Of a stretch of 64,000 nt of DNA, positions 39,094 through 53,227 are shown in pieces. The notes beneath the pieces were generated by a model. That model ran no database searches. It saw only the letters and a program-made list of their open reading frames with translations, and was not told the DNA's origin. How positions within the stretch are numbered: the first letter of the stretch is position 1; the number at the start of each line of letters is the position of its first letter. The position numbers and the translations under genes are program-made. Source of the stretch: Octopus vulgaris (taxonomy: Eukaryota); contig OX597820.1 in assembly GCA_951406725.2 (NCBI GenBank), forward strand, positions 111,290,001-111,354,000, written 5' to 3'.

Positions 39094-39765
39094 TACATGC
39101 CTGCATACATACATACATACATACATACATACATACATACATACATACAACCATGCATGATGGCCGCTTCCTCGTTCTCGAGTATAAGATAACGATGCCA
39201 GTACTTCAAGCGATGCCTATGCAGGAAGCTTTTTTAAGTGAGGTGAGGCCTTGCACATAACCAATCCCACACAACAATGACAGCCCCCAAAAGAAGAACT
39301 AGTTAGCTTTCATTGGCTGCTATCGTGTTGCAGGTTTTACATTAGAGTTTCCCTTCTCGTAGAGTGATGTCCAAACAAGGACTAGGGGTCACTCACTGCA
39401 CCATGTCTGTATTTTCATTATTGAAAACGTGCCAATCCTTTGCACAGCCACCGTGTTTTCTGCACCAAAGTCAACAGTTTGTCGATGATTGCTGCAGGGA
39501 CTACTGCTATCCATGAGAAATAGCAGGACCATGCTTGTGTACACAGTATTAAATGGCCACTGACAGTAATGAGTTCAAACATCGTTTGACAAGTTTTTTT
39601 TCATCCTACAGGATGTCCAATCAATCTCCTCACTAAGCAAGTTTAGGGGGGTTGCCAGTTTAGTCGCCGACGACCCAACTACGCAGCAGGTAGTACTGGA
39701 TTACATGATATTCGTAGCGCTTACAAGCGACCTGACATACATACATACATACATACATACATACA

Positions 39766-39799
<34 letters not shown>

Positions 39800-40368
39800 C
39801 ATGCGTATATGTGTATATACTTTTTTTTATTTACATTCATGATTTCACTGACACTTGACAGATTTTTCCAAGAATTTGTTATGATAGACTACCCGTATCT
39901 GCTGCGTTAGATTTGTGACCCTATTCAGGAATCGTTCAACAACATCCAGCAGTGACTACAACATCCAGCAGTGACTACAACACCCAGCAGTCGTCTAGTA
40001 GTCGTCCCGGGCTCATTAATAGGGACGAAATTTATGCAAGATTCACCATTCAGAGTTTCACATATTCACACTTTTGAGGTAAATTTTCCATATGGAATTG
40101 GAACATGATGTTTCATATATCGATTCCATTGGTTATATCAAGCTATACATGTGTTTGAGGGACGAGTTCCAATCTTGGTGACAAAACTCTCGATTTATAT
40201 ATGATACTGAAATTTTATTCTTCAGTAGAAATCCCCTCTGCATGCCGGCTTTGTCTTGTTGGGTGAGGGATAAACTCCCTACGTACGGTTGATATCCCTT
40301 TCTTGTCAATATACACTTTGAAATCTAGTCTTCATTTCAAAAAATCTCGCACAGGTATTGGTTGAGAA

Positions 40369-40602
40369 GGCGGCGAGCTGGCAGAAACGTTAGCACGCTG
40401 GGCGAAATGCGTAGCCGTATTTCGTCTGCCGTTACGTTCTGAGTTCAAATTCCGCCGAGGTCGACTTTGCCTTTCATCCTTTCGGGGTGGATACATTAAG
40501 TACCAGTTACGCACTGAGGTCGATGTAATCGACTTAATCCGTTTATCTGTCCTTGTTTGTCCTCTCTGTGTTTAGCCCCTTGTAGGTAGTAAAGAAATAG
40601 GT
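40369..40602 (+). mobile_element. tRNA-derived SINE
   Basis: gagctggcagaa...gagttcaaattcc boxes; gtcgactttgcctttcatcctttcggggt domain. Confidence 0.8.
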
Positions 40603-41306
40603 ATTGGTTTAAAAGATAGAAGACTGAATTTTCTTTTATACAAACCTAGGGAAAAGTTCCATTTGTTTAGTAAAAGGCATTGATTGGTGTAATTAGTATT
40701 TTTATCACACCACCCAACGTCTTGAACATACAAGATGCCTGTGTGTGCATTCACAAATTGTTTCCAATACTTACATGTAATCAAGTCATTTTAGTTACGT
40801 GGTGAAGAAGACAGAATATAAATAACTTGTATGCGTCTGATGAGACACCTGTTCGACTAAAGCAGACTTACAACTAATAAACAACAATAATAACAATATC
40901 AACGAATATTTCCTTATTTAATGTATATTTAACTTTTTACAGTACCATCTTTGAACAAGTTAGAATAATGGTAAGCTATTTACTGTACGTTACAGGTGAG
41001 AAGATCACTTGTCTCACAAGGGGATTATTCTATCCATTGAACTGATCTAATTAGAGTTTCATCTATCTCTATGATTAATTTGGAAGTGAAAAATCATGCT
41101 CATTTCTTTAATTTGCTCATCCAATTTTACTTCATCTTCTCCCCCCCTCTCTCTCCCTCTTTCTTTTCCCTCTTTCTTCTCTCTTTCCCCTCTCTCTCCT
41201 CTTTCTTTTCTCTCTCTCTCCTCTCTCTCTCACACCCTATACGGCTCTATATTGTGTTGAGTGCTACTTCCGTTTACTTATTTTGTCACTCGTACGAATA
41301 CATATA

Positions 41307-41353
<47 letters not shown>

Positions 41354-41428
41354 ATATAGGATCGGGATATATGTATGTATAAGTATATACACAAATATAC
41401 ATACAACTTATATCTTTTTAGTTACACG

Positions 41429-41479
<51 letters not shown>

Positions 41480-41617
41480 GCACGCACCTACCACTACTAC
41501 CACCACTACCGTCTTTGCGGCCTGGTACGCTTCTTCGTTGATCAACTCACCAGTAATGATGTCCGGGCCAGCATCCAGATACACAACTTTTTTATATTGC
41601 TCCAAAACTGGCATCTA

Positions 41618-41835
41618 CAATGGGGTGCTGTAAAGTTTCTGGCTTTGGGTAAAAGAAAATACAAGAGGATCAGTTAACTATGACGTTATTCAACATATTC
41701 CCTGCTCAGATTCACATACTTATTGCAGCGGTCCTTCAGTTTTTTTTAAGCCCTGTAAAAGAACGCGGGAGGTTGGGCTTCCATCCAGGCCTTTCGGGGC
41801 ACCCTTAAAACCAAGAACTTTTCAGTATCCCCTTT
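41618..41835. mobile_element. Mariner-derived MITE
   Basis: TA|caatggggtgctgtaaagtttctggcttt ... aaaaccaagaacttttcagtatcccctt|TA imperfect TIRs. Confidence 0.65.
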
Positions 41836-42061
41836 TATGTTGGCTAGACCATATTCACTAGATGTCAGATGTCAGTTATCTAAAAGAATTTCTATCCATT
41901 ACTCTACATTTAGGGATAGGAAAAACGTAACAGTAAAGGACTCGGTAAATTAATTTGGGACCTAAAAGACCGTAATGAACAATTTTATTTAGAATGGTTG
42001 ACTCTCTCAATCTCGATACCTTATAACAAAGGCAAGGAATTCTGTCTTCTCTGTAATTACT

Positions 42062-43193
42062 CTTTTACTCTTTTACTCTTTTACTTGTTTCAGTCATTTG
42101 ACTGCGGCCATGCTGGAGCACCGCCTTTAGTCGAGCAAATCGACCCCGGGACTTATTCTTTGTAAGCCCAGTACTTATTCTATCGGTCTCTTTTGCCGAA
42201 CCGCTAAGTGACGGGGACATAAACGCTAGGGGGACAAATACAGACACACACACACACATATATATACATATATACGACAGGCTTCTTTCAGTTTCCGTCT
42301 ACCAAATCCACTCACAAGGCATTGGTCAGCCCGGGGCTATAGCAGGAGACACTTGCCCAAGATGCCACGCAGTGGGACTGAACCCGGAACCATGTGGTTG
42401 GTTAGCAAGCTACTTACCACACAGCCACTCCTGCGCCTACAATTCTGAACTATTTTTCATTATTTTTTCTAAAAATCCCGTAGTAAACACGGTTATAGAG
42501 CGAGCCTACAGATGTAAACATTGGCAAAAACATACCTTTAGTTCATATAAGTAATCTCTATCATTATGTATAATTTGAACATTAACATGTTTTTCGGTCA
42601 TTTTCTGATGAACAACGCAGCAGTTTCCTACTACCAAATTCAATCGCAATCACACAGTCATTCTTACACTTAATGTGTGTATGTGCGTGTGTTTCTGTGT
42701 GTAAGTGTGTGTGTGTGTGTGTTTACAGTTGTTGTTAAATCGAGTATTGTGTCCCACTATGTTTCAAGGTTAGCAGTTCATCGAGCAAAGATTAGCTCCT
42801 ATACGCATTTTTTTCTCTCCTTGTTTCTCTCCTTGTTTTTTTCTGTGTATCTTTCTGTCGAATAGCGTAGGCTCGAAACGTAGAAGACTTTTTTTATTCC
42901 TGAGCGCTATACTAATACATTTGTTTGTTTGTACTCCACCTGCCTTCGCCTTTTGTTTATTTTCGTAAACTTTCCCTTTATATATATATATGCTTTTTTA
43001 TTTGTTTCAGCCATTTGACTGTGGCCATGCTAGAGCACTGCCTTTTAGTCGAACAAAACGACCCCAGGACTTATTCTTTGTAAGCCTAGTAATTATTTTA
43101 ATGGTCTCTATGCCGAACCGCTAAGTTACAGGGATCTAAACACACCAACATCGGTTGTCAAGCAAAGGTGGAGGGACAAACACAGACACACAA

Positions 43194-43283
<90 letters not shown>

Positions 43284-43805
43284 TCAACGGGCTTCTTTCA
43301 GTCTCTGTTTACCAAATCGAGTCATAAGGCTTTTGCCGGTCCGAGAAGACACTTGCCCTAAGTGTCACACAGTGGGACTGAACCCGGAACCATGTGGTTG
43401 GGAAACAAGCTTCTTACCACACAGCCACTCCTGCACCTATATATATATATATTCGTTTATTCTTTTATATGTTTCAGTCATTTTGACGGCGGCCACGCTG
43501 GAGCACCGCCTTTAGTCGAACAAATAAACCACGGGACTTATTCTTTGTAAGCCTAGTACTTATTCTATCGGTCTCTTTTGCCGAACTGCTAAGTTACGGG
43601 GACATAAACACACCAACATCGGTCTTCAAGCGATGGTGAGGGGACAAACACAGACACACAAACATACACACACACACAGAGTTTCAGTCTACCAAATCCA
43701 TTCACAAGGCTTTGGTCAGCCCGAAGCTATAGCAGAAGACACGTGCCCAAGGTGCCACGCAGTGGGACTGAACCCGGAACTATGTGGTTGGGAAGCAAGC
43801 TTCTT
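42062..43805 (-). mobile_element. Cluster of three same-orientation tRNA-derived SINEs (42062-42440, 43000-43440, 43460-43805)
   Basis: Three similar copies with ggttccgggttcagtcccac head, internal (TG)n and ...actgaaaca(aa) tail. Confidence 0.88.
42795..42978 (+). mobile_element. Short PLE-type repeat with hammerhead-like motif, ending in (TA)n
   Basis: ctttctgtcgaatagcgtaggctcgaaacgtagaag at 42851-42886; homologous to 32275-32445. Confidence 0.65.
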
Positions 43806-44221
43806 CTATATATGAGAGAGTTTGTGTGTGTATGTGTGTGTGTATGCGTGCGTGTGTGTGTGCGTATGTGTGCGTATACTCCTTATGCATTCCAAAACCG
43901 AGTTGCCGATTTTGACGTATGGGGTATCAAAAGATTCAGTAGGCTTTTGGCTACCAACTAAACTATATTTTCATTCACATATTTGCATTACAAAAATTTA
44001 ACATTGTCATTTTTCTTTTAGCTACATATCGTAAACGACATTCTATATCACTACCACAACGACGATAACGTCACATTTTCTATATGAGTGTGTTCGTGCG
44101 TTCGTTACCTACGTTAGGCCGATGACTGACAAGTATATGTGCGTGACAGTGTATGCGTCTGTCAGTATACATACATTTTTGTGATGACTGACACACACAG
44201 GGACAGAGACAGGCTTCAGGG

Positions 44222-44262
<41 letters not shown>

Positions 44263-45991
44263 TTAGTCTATGTATGTAACTTTCTCCCGCCCAACAGTGA
44301 AACGCGCCGACATTCAAAGTTTAGTTGTGGCCTGGACTTAAAACGGACAACAGCGTTTACTTCGAAGTACTACCAACATGAAGATTTGGCTGATTTAACA
44401 CCACTCACAATACTCGCAAATATATTTGAAAAAAAATGTTATTCTGGTTATTACAACAAATTCGGAAACTTGGCGAAGTAGAAAGCCTCAGCAGCTCTTT
44501 CAATATAATTACAGAAACCTTATTCCACTCCTTCTAACTAGTTTCAAGATAATTTTTAACAATCCTCCTAAGCTTTTTCGTCACTGTGAGTATCAATGTC
44601 GCACGAACTTTTTACTGCGTTAGTTAGTATTTATTCTACAGCCTATAACATTACACAGTTAAAGAATATATAGTAATGTCAAATTAATTTATATCTTGCT
44701 ACAAACATCCTTCAGCAAATATTTTAAATTAACCTTCACAACAACAATGTCTTCCTTTCTAAACACTTGGGTCAACGTTTGTTTCAAAATTGTCAAATAA
44801 ATTATTTTTGTATGAAAAATTGAATTATGCCTTCTGAATTTTCTTGGACTTTCACTTTCTTCACCGTGATATTCAATCGTGGATTTTATAACATTTAGTA
44901 CATGTTCCAAATAAATGTTGAATTTCTGTACTTTGTTACATTGGTGACGCATTGTAACTTTTGCTAAATTGGTGACTTTACATTTTTTATAGCATAACTA
45001 TGCTACAGAATGTATGTTTTGCGTCTATATTGACTACATTTCGTTTCGTTTGAACTTCGTATGTGTACATTTTACTGTTTCCAATATTATCAATTCTATG
45101 AGTGTGTTTCTGCGTTCCTTACGTCTATAGTAAACTATAGTAAAGAACATTTTACGCTGTTTTAATGAGCCCACATCTAATGAAGTAGCCACCCTTATGG
45201 CTGGTGATCCCCATGAAAGTCATGATATTCTCATTCGTGTTCGAGATATCAACCTTAAACGTGTTTCTCAGACTCACCCCTTTTATCATACTCTCCGGTA
45301 TCTTCTTATTCTGTGGAATGGACAAGATGGGTATCATTTCAATATTCCACGGATTGAACCTGCAACAGGATAGCCAATTACAAACTAAAAGGTGTCGTCA
45401 TCGAATGACTTCTATTCTTACCGACTGATGTTAAAACCAGAACAATCAAATCAATTACACAAGTCATTTATTTTCATTTATATAGTTTCTACGTTATCTC
45501 AACAACCAGCTATAGTTATTTCAAACATACTTCTCTACAACGACCAGGTATCATTAGAAAAGAAAAATAGTTTCACACTTTCAATTTCAATCAAAATTAC
45601 AAAGTGTTGCATTACGAGAGTGACGATGTGTGAATAATGAAAGTAATGTTTCTCAGAATTAGTCATATCTATATTATACTAAAGAAAGCTGCATATTATC
45701 TATCTACCAAATAAACTATATTTTTGACTCAACAACTCTTTTTACAACTAAAATAACCTCGGCAACAAGGTTGGGTCTCACAATTCATATTCGGACAATA
45801 TTTCCATTTGCTTCCAATGTTTCGCTTACGTCCGACGTTTCACGCATGCGTAGAATTCTACTCAGACAAACATTTATGAAAATATACACATAAATACTGT
45901 ATTAAAATAAACCACAACCAAAAAATTTCATTAAAAGGCATCCATTTTTCTATATGTTAGTAGGAAATACAGTCTCACACACACACACACA

Positions 45992-46061
<70 letters not shown>

Positions 46062-46210
46062 GGTCGTGTTATTCCGCAGTGAAAGATTGTTTTTGTGCTG
46101 AAAAGTTTGAAAATTTGCTGTTTTGGTCGTCGAGGCCACTTCTTTTCTGCTGTTGCAGCAGAGTTTTGCTGTTCTTTCCCCCTTGTTTCAAGGGGGAAGC
46201 GACGAAAAAC

Positions 46211-47395
46211 ATGAATTTGCCACCAATTTCTTCCGAGTCCGAGGAAAACGTTGAAAATTTGTTTGAAGGCATGAAGGCGAAAATATGGGAGGAGGAAGGT
46301 GAAAGTAAAGAGGCGTCTCACGCGCGCGTTACAAAAGCAGACGACAAGATGTCTAGCGAAGCTACTACACAACAGGAAAAGTCAAAAATAAATTTTGCGA
46401 GTGCAGCAACTCGCCCCTGTGATAATATAGTTATAAACAAGGAAGAATTAAAGAAGTACCAAAGTTTATTAAAAAAAGAAGGTGATAATGTGAAGTTGCT
46501 CCCTCCCAGTGAATTAATTTACGCGACGGAGAGAAAGACGGTAATATACAAAACATATAATATGAAAAATAGGAAAATTGACTTCGTGCCGAGGGAAGCC
46601 ATAGAAAAATGTTTGAGGCCGATATAGCAACAAACTAGTTATATAACGAGGGTTAGTCGCTTCGGCACTGTAGAGGTGCGTTTCCCTAGCGAAGAAAAAG
46701 CTAGGGAACATTCAACAAGAACGTTGAAGTCGGAACATGTAGTTCTCCTACCATTTTATTTAGGAAAGAGAACATCGAAAATAACGGTCACAGATATTCC
46801 TCCCGAAATAGATGTGGCCTTTGTCATAGCAGCGATTCTTTTAGGCAAAGAGGAAGAAATTGCCATTCTTCAGTCTAAGAGATGTCGCCACATGAACTGG
46901 TATGGACAATATTTAGAGCTTGTGATCCAAGCAAACCCCTCGGACTTGGAAAAATTGCCCAGTTCCCTCACCATTGGAGATAATACCAGCATCATGGTAA
47001 TAGTCGAGGGGAGAAAGCCCAGGTGTTATAAATGTGGCGAGAAAGGAAGCACGACGCCGAAAACAACAACTACACCGCTAGAAATAGCAGCCACGTCGCG
47101 CACCCCAATTGCCGAAGTTCAGCCGACAACGGGAGAAAACAACAACAATAACGACGACGACAACAACAACAACAACATCCAGGAGTGGGTCACCATAGAA
47201 CCTTCAAAAAGAAGACGGAAACGGAAAAACCCACCCTCTTCGGATACACAGGACTATGCTCCGAGATAGACAAGCACACCCACACCCACAAATACAGTCG
47301 CAAACACACACATAAGCCAAAAAACACACACACGCCTACCACAAGCACGCACACACCTACAAACACCCACGCTTCAAAAAGCACACACACACCCA

Positions 47396-47434
<39 letters not shown>

Positions 47435-47770
47435 CAACAATCGCCTAACATAAAAAAAAAGAAACACCTTCACGGCGATAAATAAAAATAATAAACTAAG
47501 AGAAAATATTATTTTAATGAAATCGGCGAAAAAAATATCGCAACAGATGTAAATAATACTATTTCTGAAAATGTCGAATTTTATACTATAGATAACTTTG
47601 ACTATTTTGAACTAAAAAAATATTTTGCGGAGGACGTCGGCCCGTTACAGATGAACTTTTCGAGCCATCTGGACAGGCAATTCGTGAAAAAAATGACCTC
47701 GCAAAACACAACACTCACAGACAGAAAAGAGAAGGGTGAAACTACACCCTCTCTTCCGTTAAAACAGTAA
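46211..47770 (+). pseudogene. LINE ORF1, disrupted
   Basis: In-frame stop at 46625-46627, zinc knuckle truncated after CYKCGEKG, frameshifts in a CA-rich low-complexity region. Confidence 0.8.
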
Positions 47771-47799
47771 GTTTTAAACTTTCGACTAATTTTTCACAT

Positions 47800-50700
47800 T
47801 CTCGTTTAAACTCGGGTGTATAAATATTCGCGGCCTGGGGTCGTATTGGAAGCAAGGCCACCTCCTTAACGACCTTAGGTCGCATCGTTTGGATGTAGTG
47901 GTAATTACCGAATCCAGACTGAGTGGGCTGCAGGCTTTTTCGCCCCTTCTAAACGGCTACGAGAAATACGTTTCTCCCTGTCGCCTGGAGGGGGCGGAGG
48001 AGTGGCAGTGCTGGTCAGGAAAAACCTGGATTTAGAGATTAGAACTGTCTTTATAGATCCGGAAGGCAGGATGGTCGTTTTGGATGTAACGCACAGCAAT
48101 GGTAAAGTGTTCAGGCTGGTCGCTGTCTATGCTCCCTGCGAAGGAAAAGCCGGGCAGAAAGATTACTTCAAAAGCCTAGAGAATTTTCTTGGCACGTCGA
48201 ACACGTTAGTATTGCTAGGTGACTTCAACATAATTTGCGATGCACGCGTAGATTATGTTGGCTCGAGAAAGAATAGGAGGGGATTACCTCACCTCAACGA
48301 TCTGCTAAGTCGTTTCGAATTGGCAGATCGATTCAGACTGGACAACCCAGACACTCCAGCGTGGACCTGGGCAAGAAACGACGGGTCGTCCAGATCTTAC
48401 ATAGATAGAATCATAACTAGAAGGAAAGATAAGAAAATACTTAGCTGTCCACAACACCATATCGTCAGCTACAGCGATCACAAATTAGTGACCTGTACGC
48501 TCGACATAGATAGCATGTGTAGACGAGGTACCGGTTACTGGAAGCTAAACAAGTCACTATCGGGCTGTGAAGCCTACAGGAATCGGATTAAACAATTAGT
48601 AATGAGGGCGTTAACCGGATCCATTATCAACAACAAATGGTGGTACGCCCTGAAAAGAGCCATCAAATTTGAGTCAATTAGGTTTAGCTAGTGCTAGAAA
48701 CAAAGTAGAAAAGGAACTAGTTAAGGCAATAGATGAGGCAATGAGGTCAGGCAGTGCATCGAAAGTGTTAGCGGCGAGGTTGGCACTCGACCAACATCTT
48801 AAAGCTAAACATGAAGGGTGCATTGTCAGGGCTAAGATCCGTGCAATGAGACAGGAAGGGATCAACGCAGCCGGATGGGCCCGGGTTGTAGAGGGCCAGC
48901 GTGGCAACAACTCAACCATTCGATCTTTGACGGGCCCAAATGGTCGATTAGTAAACGAACCCGAGGAGATGTGCAAGGTGTTTCACGATCATTTCGCCCA
49001 GCTATTCGTGAGGAGCGGCGGACTGGAGCGTGGGGAGAAGCTCGCAGACTTCCTAGCCGGTTCGCCGTGTCTGTCGAGGCCGGACGCGGAATCTTGTGAG
49101 GCGCCGATCACAGCCAAAGAAGTCGAGGATGTGTTGGCAGACTGCGGCAGGGACAAATCTCCGGGACTCGATGGTCTGCCTTACGAACTCTATAGTAGCA
49201 TGCCAGACTTGTTTGGGCACCTACTTGCATGCGTGTACACCAACTGGCAGCAGAACGGGAGAATTCCTAAGTCTGTGAGCAGAGGAATGGTAGCGCTGTT
49301 AAGAAAGGACCCAAACAATTGATAATTTTCGGCCCATCACTCTGCTTAACGCAGAGTTGAAGATTTTGGTCAAGGTCTTAGCAAAAAGGTTGGCGCGGGT
49401 CGTGGGTGAACTTGTTGGCCAGACGCAAACTTGCGCCATCCCTGGAAGGACCATCCACGACAATCACCACTTTCTACGCTATGCCTTAGAAAGGGTAAAT
49501 AGGATTCCTGGCAAGGGTGGGGCTATGGTCCACTTGGACCAATCGAAAGCGTTCGATAGGGTGGACCATCAGTATCTGGCGGCGGTCCTCACGGCGGCTG
49601 GCTTCGGCCCGACCTTCCGCGGATGGATCAACGCTTTATACAGCAACATCGAATCGGTAGTTCGGGTGAATGGTTTCTTTTCGGAGCCGTTCAGAATTGA
49701 ACGTTCGGTACGTCAAGGGTGTCCTCTCTCCCCGCTTCTCTATGTTTTGGCCCTCGAGCCGTTGCTGAGGAGGTTGGAAACTGTGAGAGGCACTCCGCAA
49801 GATCTAGGGTGCGGAAAGTCAGCTTCGGCGTATGCGGACGACATCACCGTCATCGTATCCCGAGTCGAGCACCTACAGTGGGTGGGTGAGGCCTTAAGGG
49901 ACTACGAAGCGGTGGCAGGAGCAAAAGTCAACCGGGATAAATCGGTCGGCTTGCAACTCGGCACCTGGAGGGGCAAGTCGATGTCTTCCGACAGCGTCGT
50001 AGGACGTTGGACGGAAGGACCGGTGAAAATGCTTGGAATCTGGTTAGGTCCAGATCTCCAGATAGAGAAGAACTGGAACGAGGTGGCGAGAAAGGTGGCG
50101 CTCCTAAATCAGTCATGGTCTGAGCGGAAGCTGTCCTTGAAAGGGAGGGCGGAAGCTGCAGAGATGTTTATCGCCTCTGTAATCACTTACCGCCTGACCG
50201 TCGTTCCTTGCCCCGATTCATGGCTGAACAAACTGGAACGCATGCTCTTTCGCTTTTTGTGAAGGGGCAGCAGACCTCTTGTAAGGCGCACTATTTGCTG
50301 CCAAAAGTCGCTGAAGGGTTGGTTAGGGATGCCGTGGCTAAAAATGCGCAGACATGCGCTCAGGCTTAGGCATCTCTGGCTTTACCTGGACGGTGAGCAG
50401 GTGTGGTCTCCGTTCGTCAAGCTGTTATTTCCACAATTCACATCGTTTACCAAACTGAACCCATGGATCAAGTGTAGACCGAGGTTGGGCGTGTGGCATG
50501 TAGAGTGCCATCAGGCACTCATGCTTCTCTCCCAGTCGGGCAACGCCGGTGGCGGGGGTACTACCTCGTTCTTCTATAGTGGGTTAGTAGAGTTTAAGTG
50601 TGACGACGTCCTGGGAGAAACCCTGGGCTTCGACGAAAATCAACTGGCCAGCCTGTTCCAAAGAACATTCGGTCCGGGGCCTATGGATAATTACCAAAAG

Positions 50701-51180
50701 TCCCTGGCCTGGCAATGTTACAGAGGAGCTTTACCGGTTCGAGATAAGCTCTTTAGACATGGGTGTTCACCTTCGCCGGTTTGTGCAAGATGTGAGAGGG
50801 ACAGTGAAACTATCCTGCACGCGATTGTGCAATGCCCCAAGGTGACTGAACTCTGGGCTTATGCCGAACACCTGCTGTCGCATTCGAGAAGAGTACAACT
50901 GTCGAGCGAATCTGTAATTAAGATAGTTCCGCCGACCTCCCTGAATAGGGAGGAGCGAGCCTGTTTTCTCTCGGTAGTTGCTATGGCGAAAGAAGTAGTA
51001 TGGACGAGAGTAAAAGGAATTGCAACAGGCATGTTCATCTCCAGTCTCGAGCTAATCGACTTTTTCGTTTTCCACATGAAACGGAAAATAAGGCTGGAGA
51101 AGAAATGCCTGTCGCAAAGTGTGTTTCGTAAAAGATGGAAGTCTATAGCAAGTATGTTGCGAGTGAAAGAACCTGTTTAA
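47800..51180 (+). pseudogene. LINE ORF2 (APE endonuclease, RT, Cys domain), disrupted
   Basis: CINIRGL, GVAVL, VYAP, GDFN, YIDRI, SDH, YWKLN; KSPGLDGL, NFRPITLLN, LDQSKAFDRV, VRQGCPLSP, YADD; CARC..E.ILH...C. Frameshifts near 47910-47940, 48690 and 49320; stop at 50260. Confidence 0.93.
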
Positions 51181-51407
51181 TCAAGAATGTGAAAAAGGAG
51201 AAAGCAAAGTCTTCAGTGTGAGTATGTGGTTTGTGGGGTCAACCGCGTCCTCCGCTTCATTTTTTTGTTATTCACTCATTCTCATTTAATTGTATATATT
51301 TTAATTGTTTGTTTATTCATACGTTTCGTCTCATTCGATACCCTGACCCCAACGTTTGTTTTGTCCCCTCTTTTTCTCAACCTTATGGTGAATAAAGAAA
51401 TACTCAC

Positions 51408-51446
<39 letters not shown>

Positions 51447-51651
51447 CTCTCACGCACAAAAGAGACATATGCATATGTATTTATGAACAAAGGTAAAGAA
51501 TACGCACTCCCGGTGTTTAGGGTTAGGTTTACGCCGAAAACGGGTAGTGTGCGTATTCTTTACCTCCACATACATGTAAAAAAATTCATACATCACAACA
51601 CACACCCTCACTCACTCTCTCTTTTCTCTCTCTCTCTCTCTCTCTCTCTCA

Positions 51652-51684
<33 letters not shown>

Positions 51685-53176
51685 CCATTTCATATACACG
51701 TATATCTTACACTTTCTCCTCTCACTTCAAAGCAAATGTCACCATTTCACTTTATCCTCTCTTTCAATTTCTGTTCTCTTCAAAGCTTACAGAAAATAAA
51801 ACAATTTTTTCGGAAATTAACGAACAATCATATGATCCCATATATGTCGAGTTGACAACTTTGCTTCTTCAAATGAAAGAATGCCATAAAATAACTTCCT
51901 TTGACACATATACACACACTCTAGGTAAAACTTCTGTGCGAATTTTATTATTTCTTGCAGTGTGCACGCGCAAATTTACAGCTCAAATCCAATTAAAATG
52001 ATCTTTTTCTATTGCATAATTTGTATTTATGATGAGCATATTTAAAAACCTCATCTTCGAGATAAACCTAAAAGGTAGTTTTCCCAGAAATTCTGTCCTT
52101 TATCACTTCTTTCTAGCATCTCCGCGATGATATTTCCGTTCCCTACCCCTTATTTTTCTTTTTCCTAAATTTCTTCCGATTCCTATGCTTGCGATATAGG
52201 AGATTACGATTTCACCCACAAAACACGTTCTCAATATTTTAATTTTCTCCCTCTCCCACCAAATTAATTTTTACTTTTTTCAAATTTTTATTCTTGATAA
52301 TCCATGGAGAAAAAACAAAGAGTACGAATTTTTAAGAATTTTACCCATCATCTCACCACTTTCAAAAAGCTACACACTCCCAATGTTTCACTTTTAGCTT
52401 TTTGAAAGCTGGTAGATGATGGCTGGGCGATGTGGAGGAAGGGGCATTGAGTGTTTCTTTAAGAAAACTTAAACTGTAAAAAATGTTTATACACACATAG
52501 TATATGTGTGTATATATACATATATGTATATTTCCCAGATTCGTAATCTCTGTATTTTTCTACGTAGATAACAAAAAAATTCGGAAAATGTTACAAATTA
52601 AGAAATTGCGGTGAGGATAGGGGGAAATTTAGATATCGAAAACGTGATTTCTTGACAAAATCGTATTAACCTCTTTCATACGATGGAACAATACATAGTC
52701 TCTGATCCTTCTTAAGAACAGAAAGCACTTTCATGCAAATTGTACCCTCACCCTTCACTATTAAACAAACAATAACTTCCATTATTCCATTAACTATATG
52801 TCAGCTGTGCCGATTCTGCCCGTAAGAAAGGAGCAAATAATACAATGTGCTTATAGGCCATAACACCCGGGCAACGCCGGGATGCATTGCTAATGTATAT
52901 GCGTAAGTTAATACACCAATGTGTATGGGTGTGCTTGTATGTATATGTGCATACATGTGTGTCTGAGTTTGTGTATGTCTATATATATATATATATGTGT
53001 GTGTGTATATATATCTATATGCGTGTGCGTGTACACACACACAATCAGAAAGAGCTACCATTTCTAGGCATTTTAATCGTGAATAAATGTGAAGGAAGAG
53101 AAACAGGTATCTACTATAAAACATCAGTACACATAAGTATACATATGAGTGTGTGTGCATATATATATATATATAT

Positions 53177-53227
<51 letters not shown>

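Larger units (their letters stand above)
46059..51402 (+). mobile_element. Near full-length Tx1/L1-clade LINE inserted in a (CT)n microsatellite
   Basis: ORF1 plus ORF2 (APE, RT, CCHC), AATAAA at 51391, (CT)n on both flanks. Confidence 0.93.
45668..52893 (+). mobile_element. Probable Helitron (~1.9 kb without the insertion) hosting the Tx1/L1 LINE
   Basis: A|TCTATATTATACTAAAG 5'-like end at 45668; hairpin cccgggcaacgccggg then CTAA|T at 52866-52893, the same hairpin as at 16986. Pairing of the two ends is inferred. Confidence 0.5.

Noticed and set aside
39938-39992. Short ~19-bp direct repeats as a CRISPR-like array
   Set aside because: Head-to-tail repeats without spacers in a eukaryotic context; a minisatellite.
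40369-40460. tRNA gene
   Set aside because: Only A/B-box-like SINE heads, with no complete cloverleaf; the same holds for the other SINE heads.
40836-40870. CTGATGA hammerhead start (also at 27827, 42605, and 29511 and 63229 on the minus strand)
   Set aside because: No correctly placed stem II, GAAA and UH elements.
41510-41614. Exon-like 105-nt minus ORF (..YLDAGPDIITGELINE..)
   Set aside because: Resembles the GPDxIxxEL motif of LINE RT, and the apparent acceptor is created by the MITE junction.
44300-45000. Possible decayed hAT transposase on the minus strand
   Set aside because: Resemblance is too faint and I could not establish TIRs or an 8-bp TSD.
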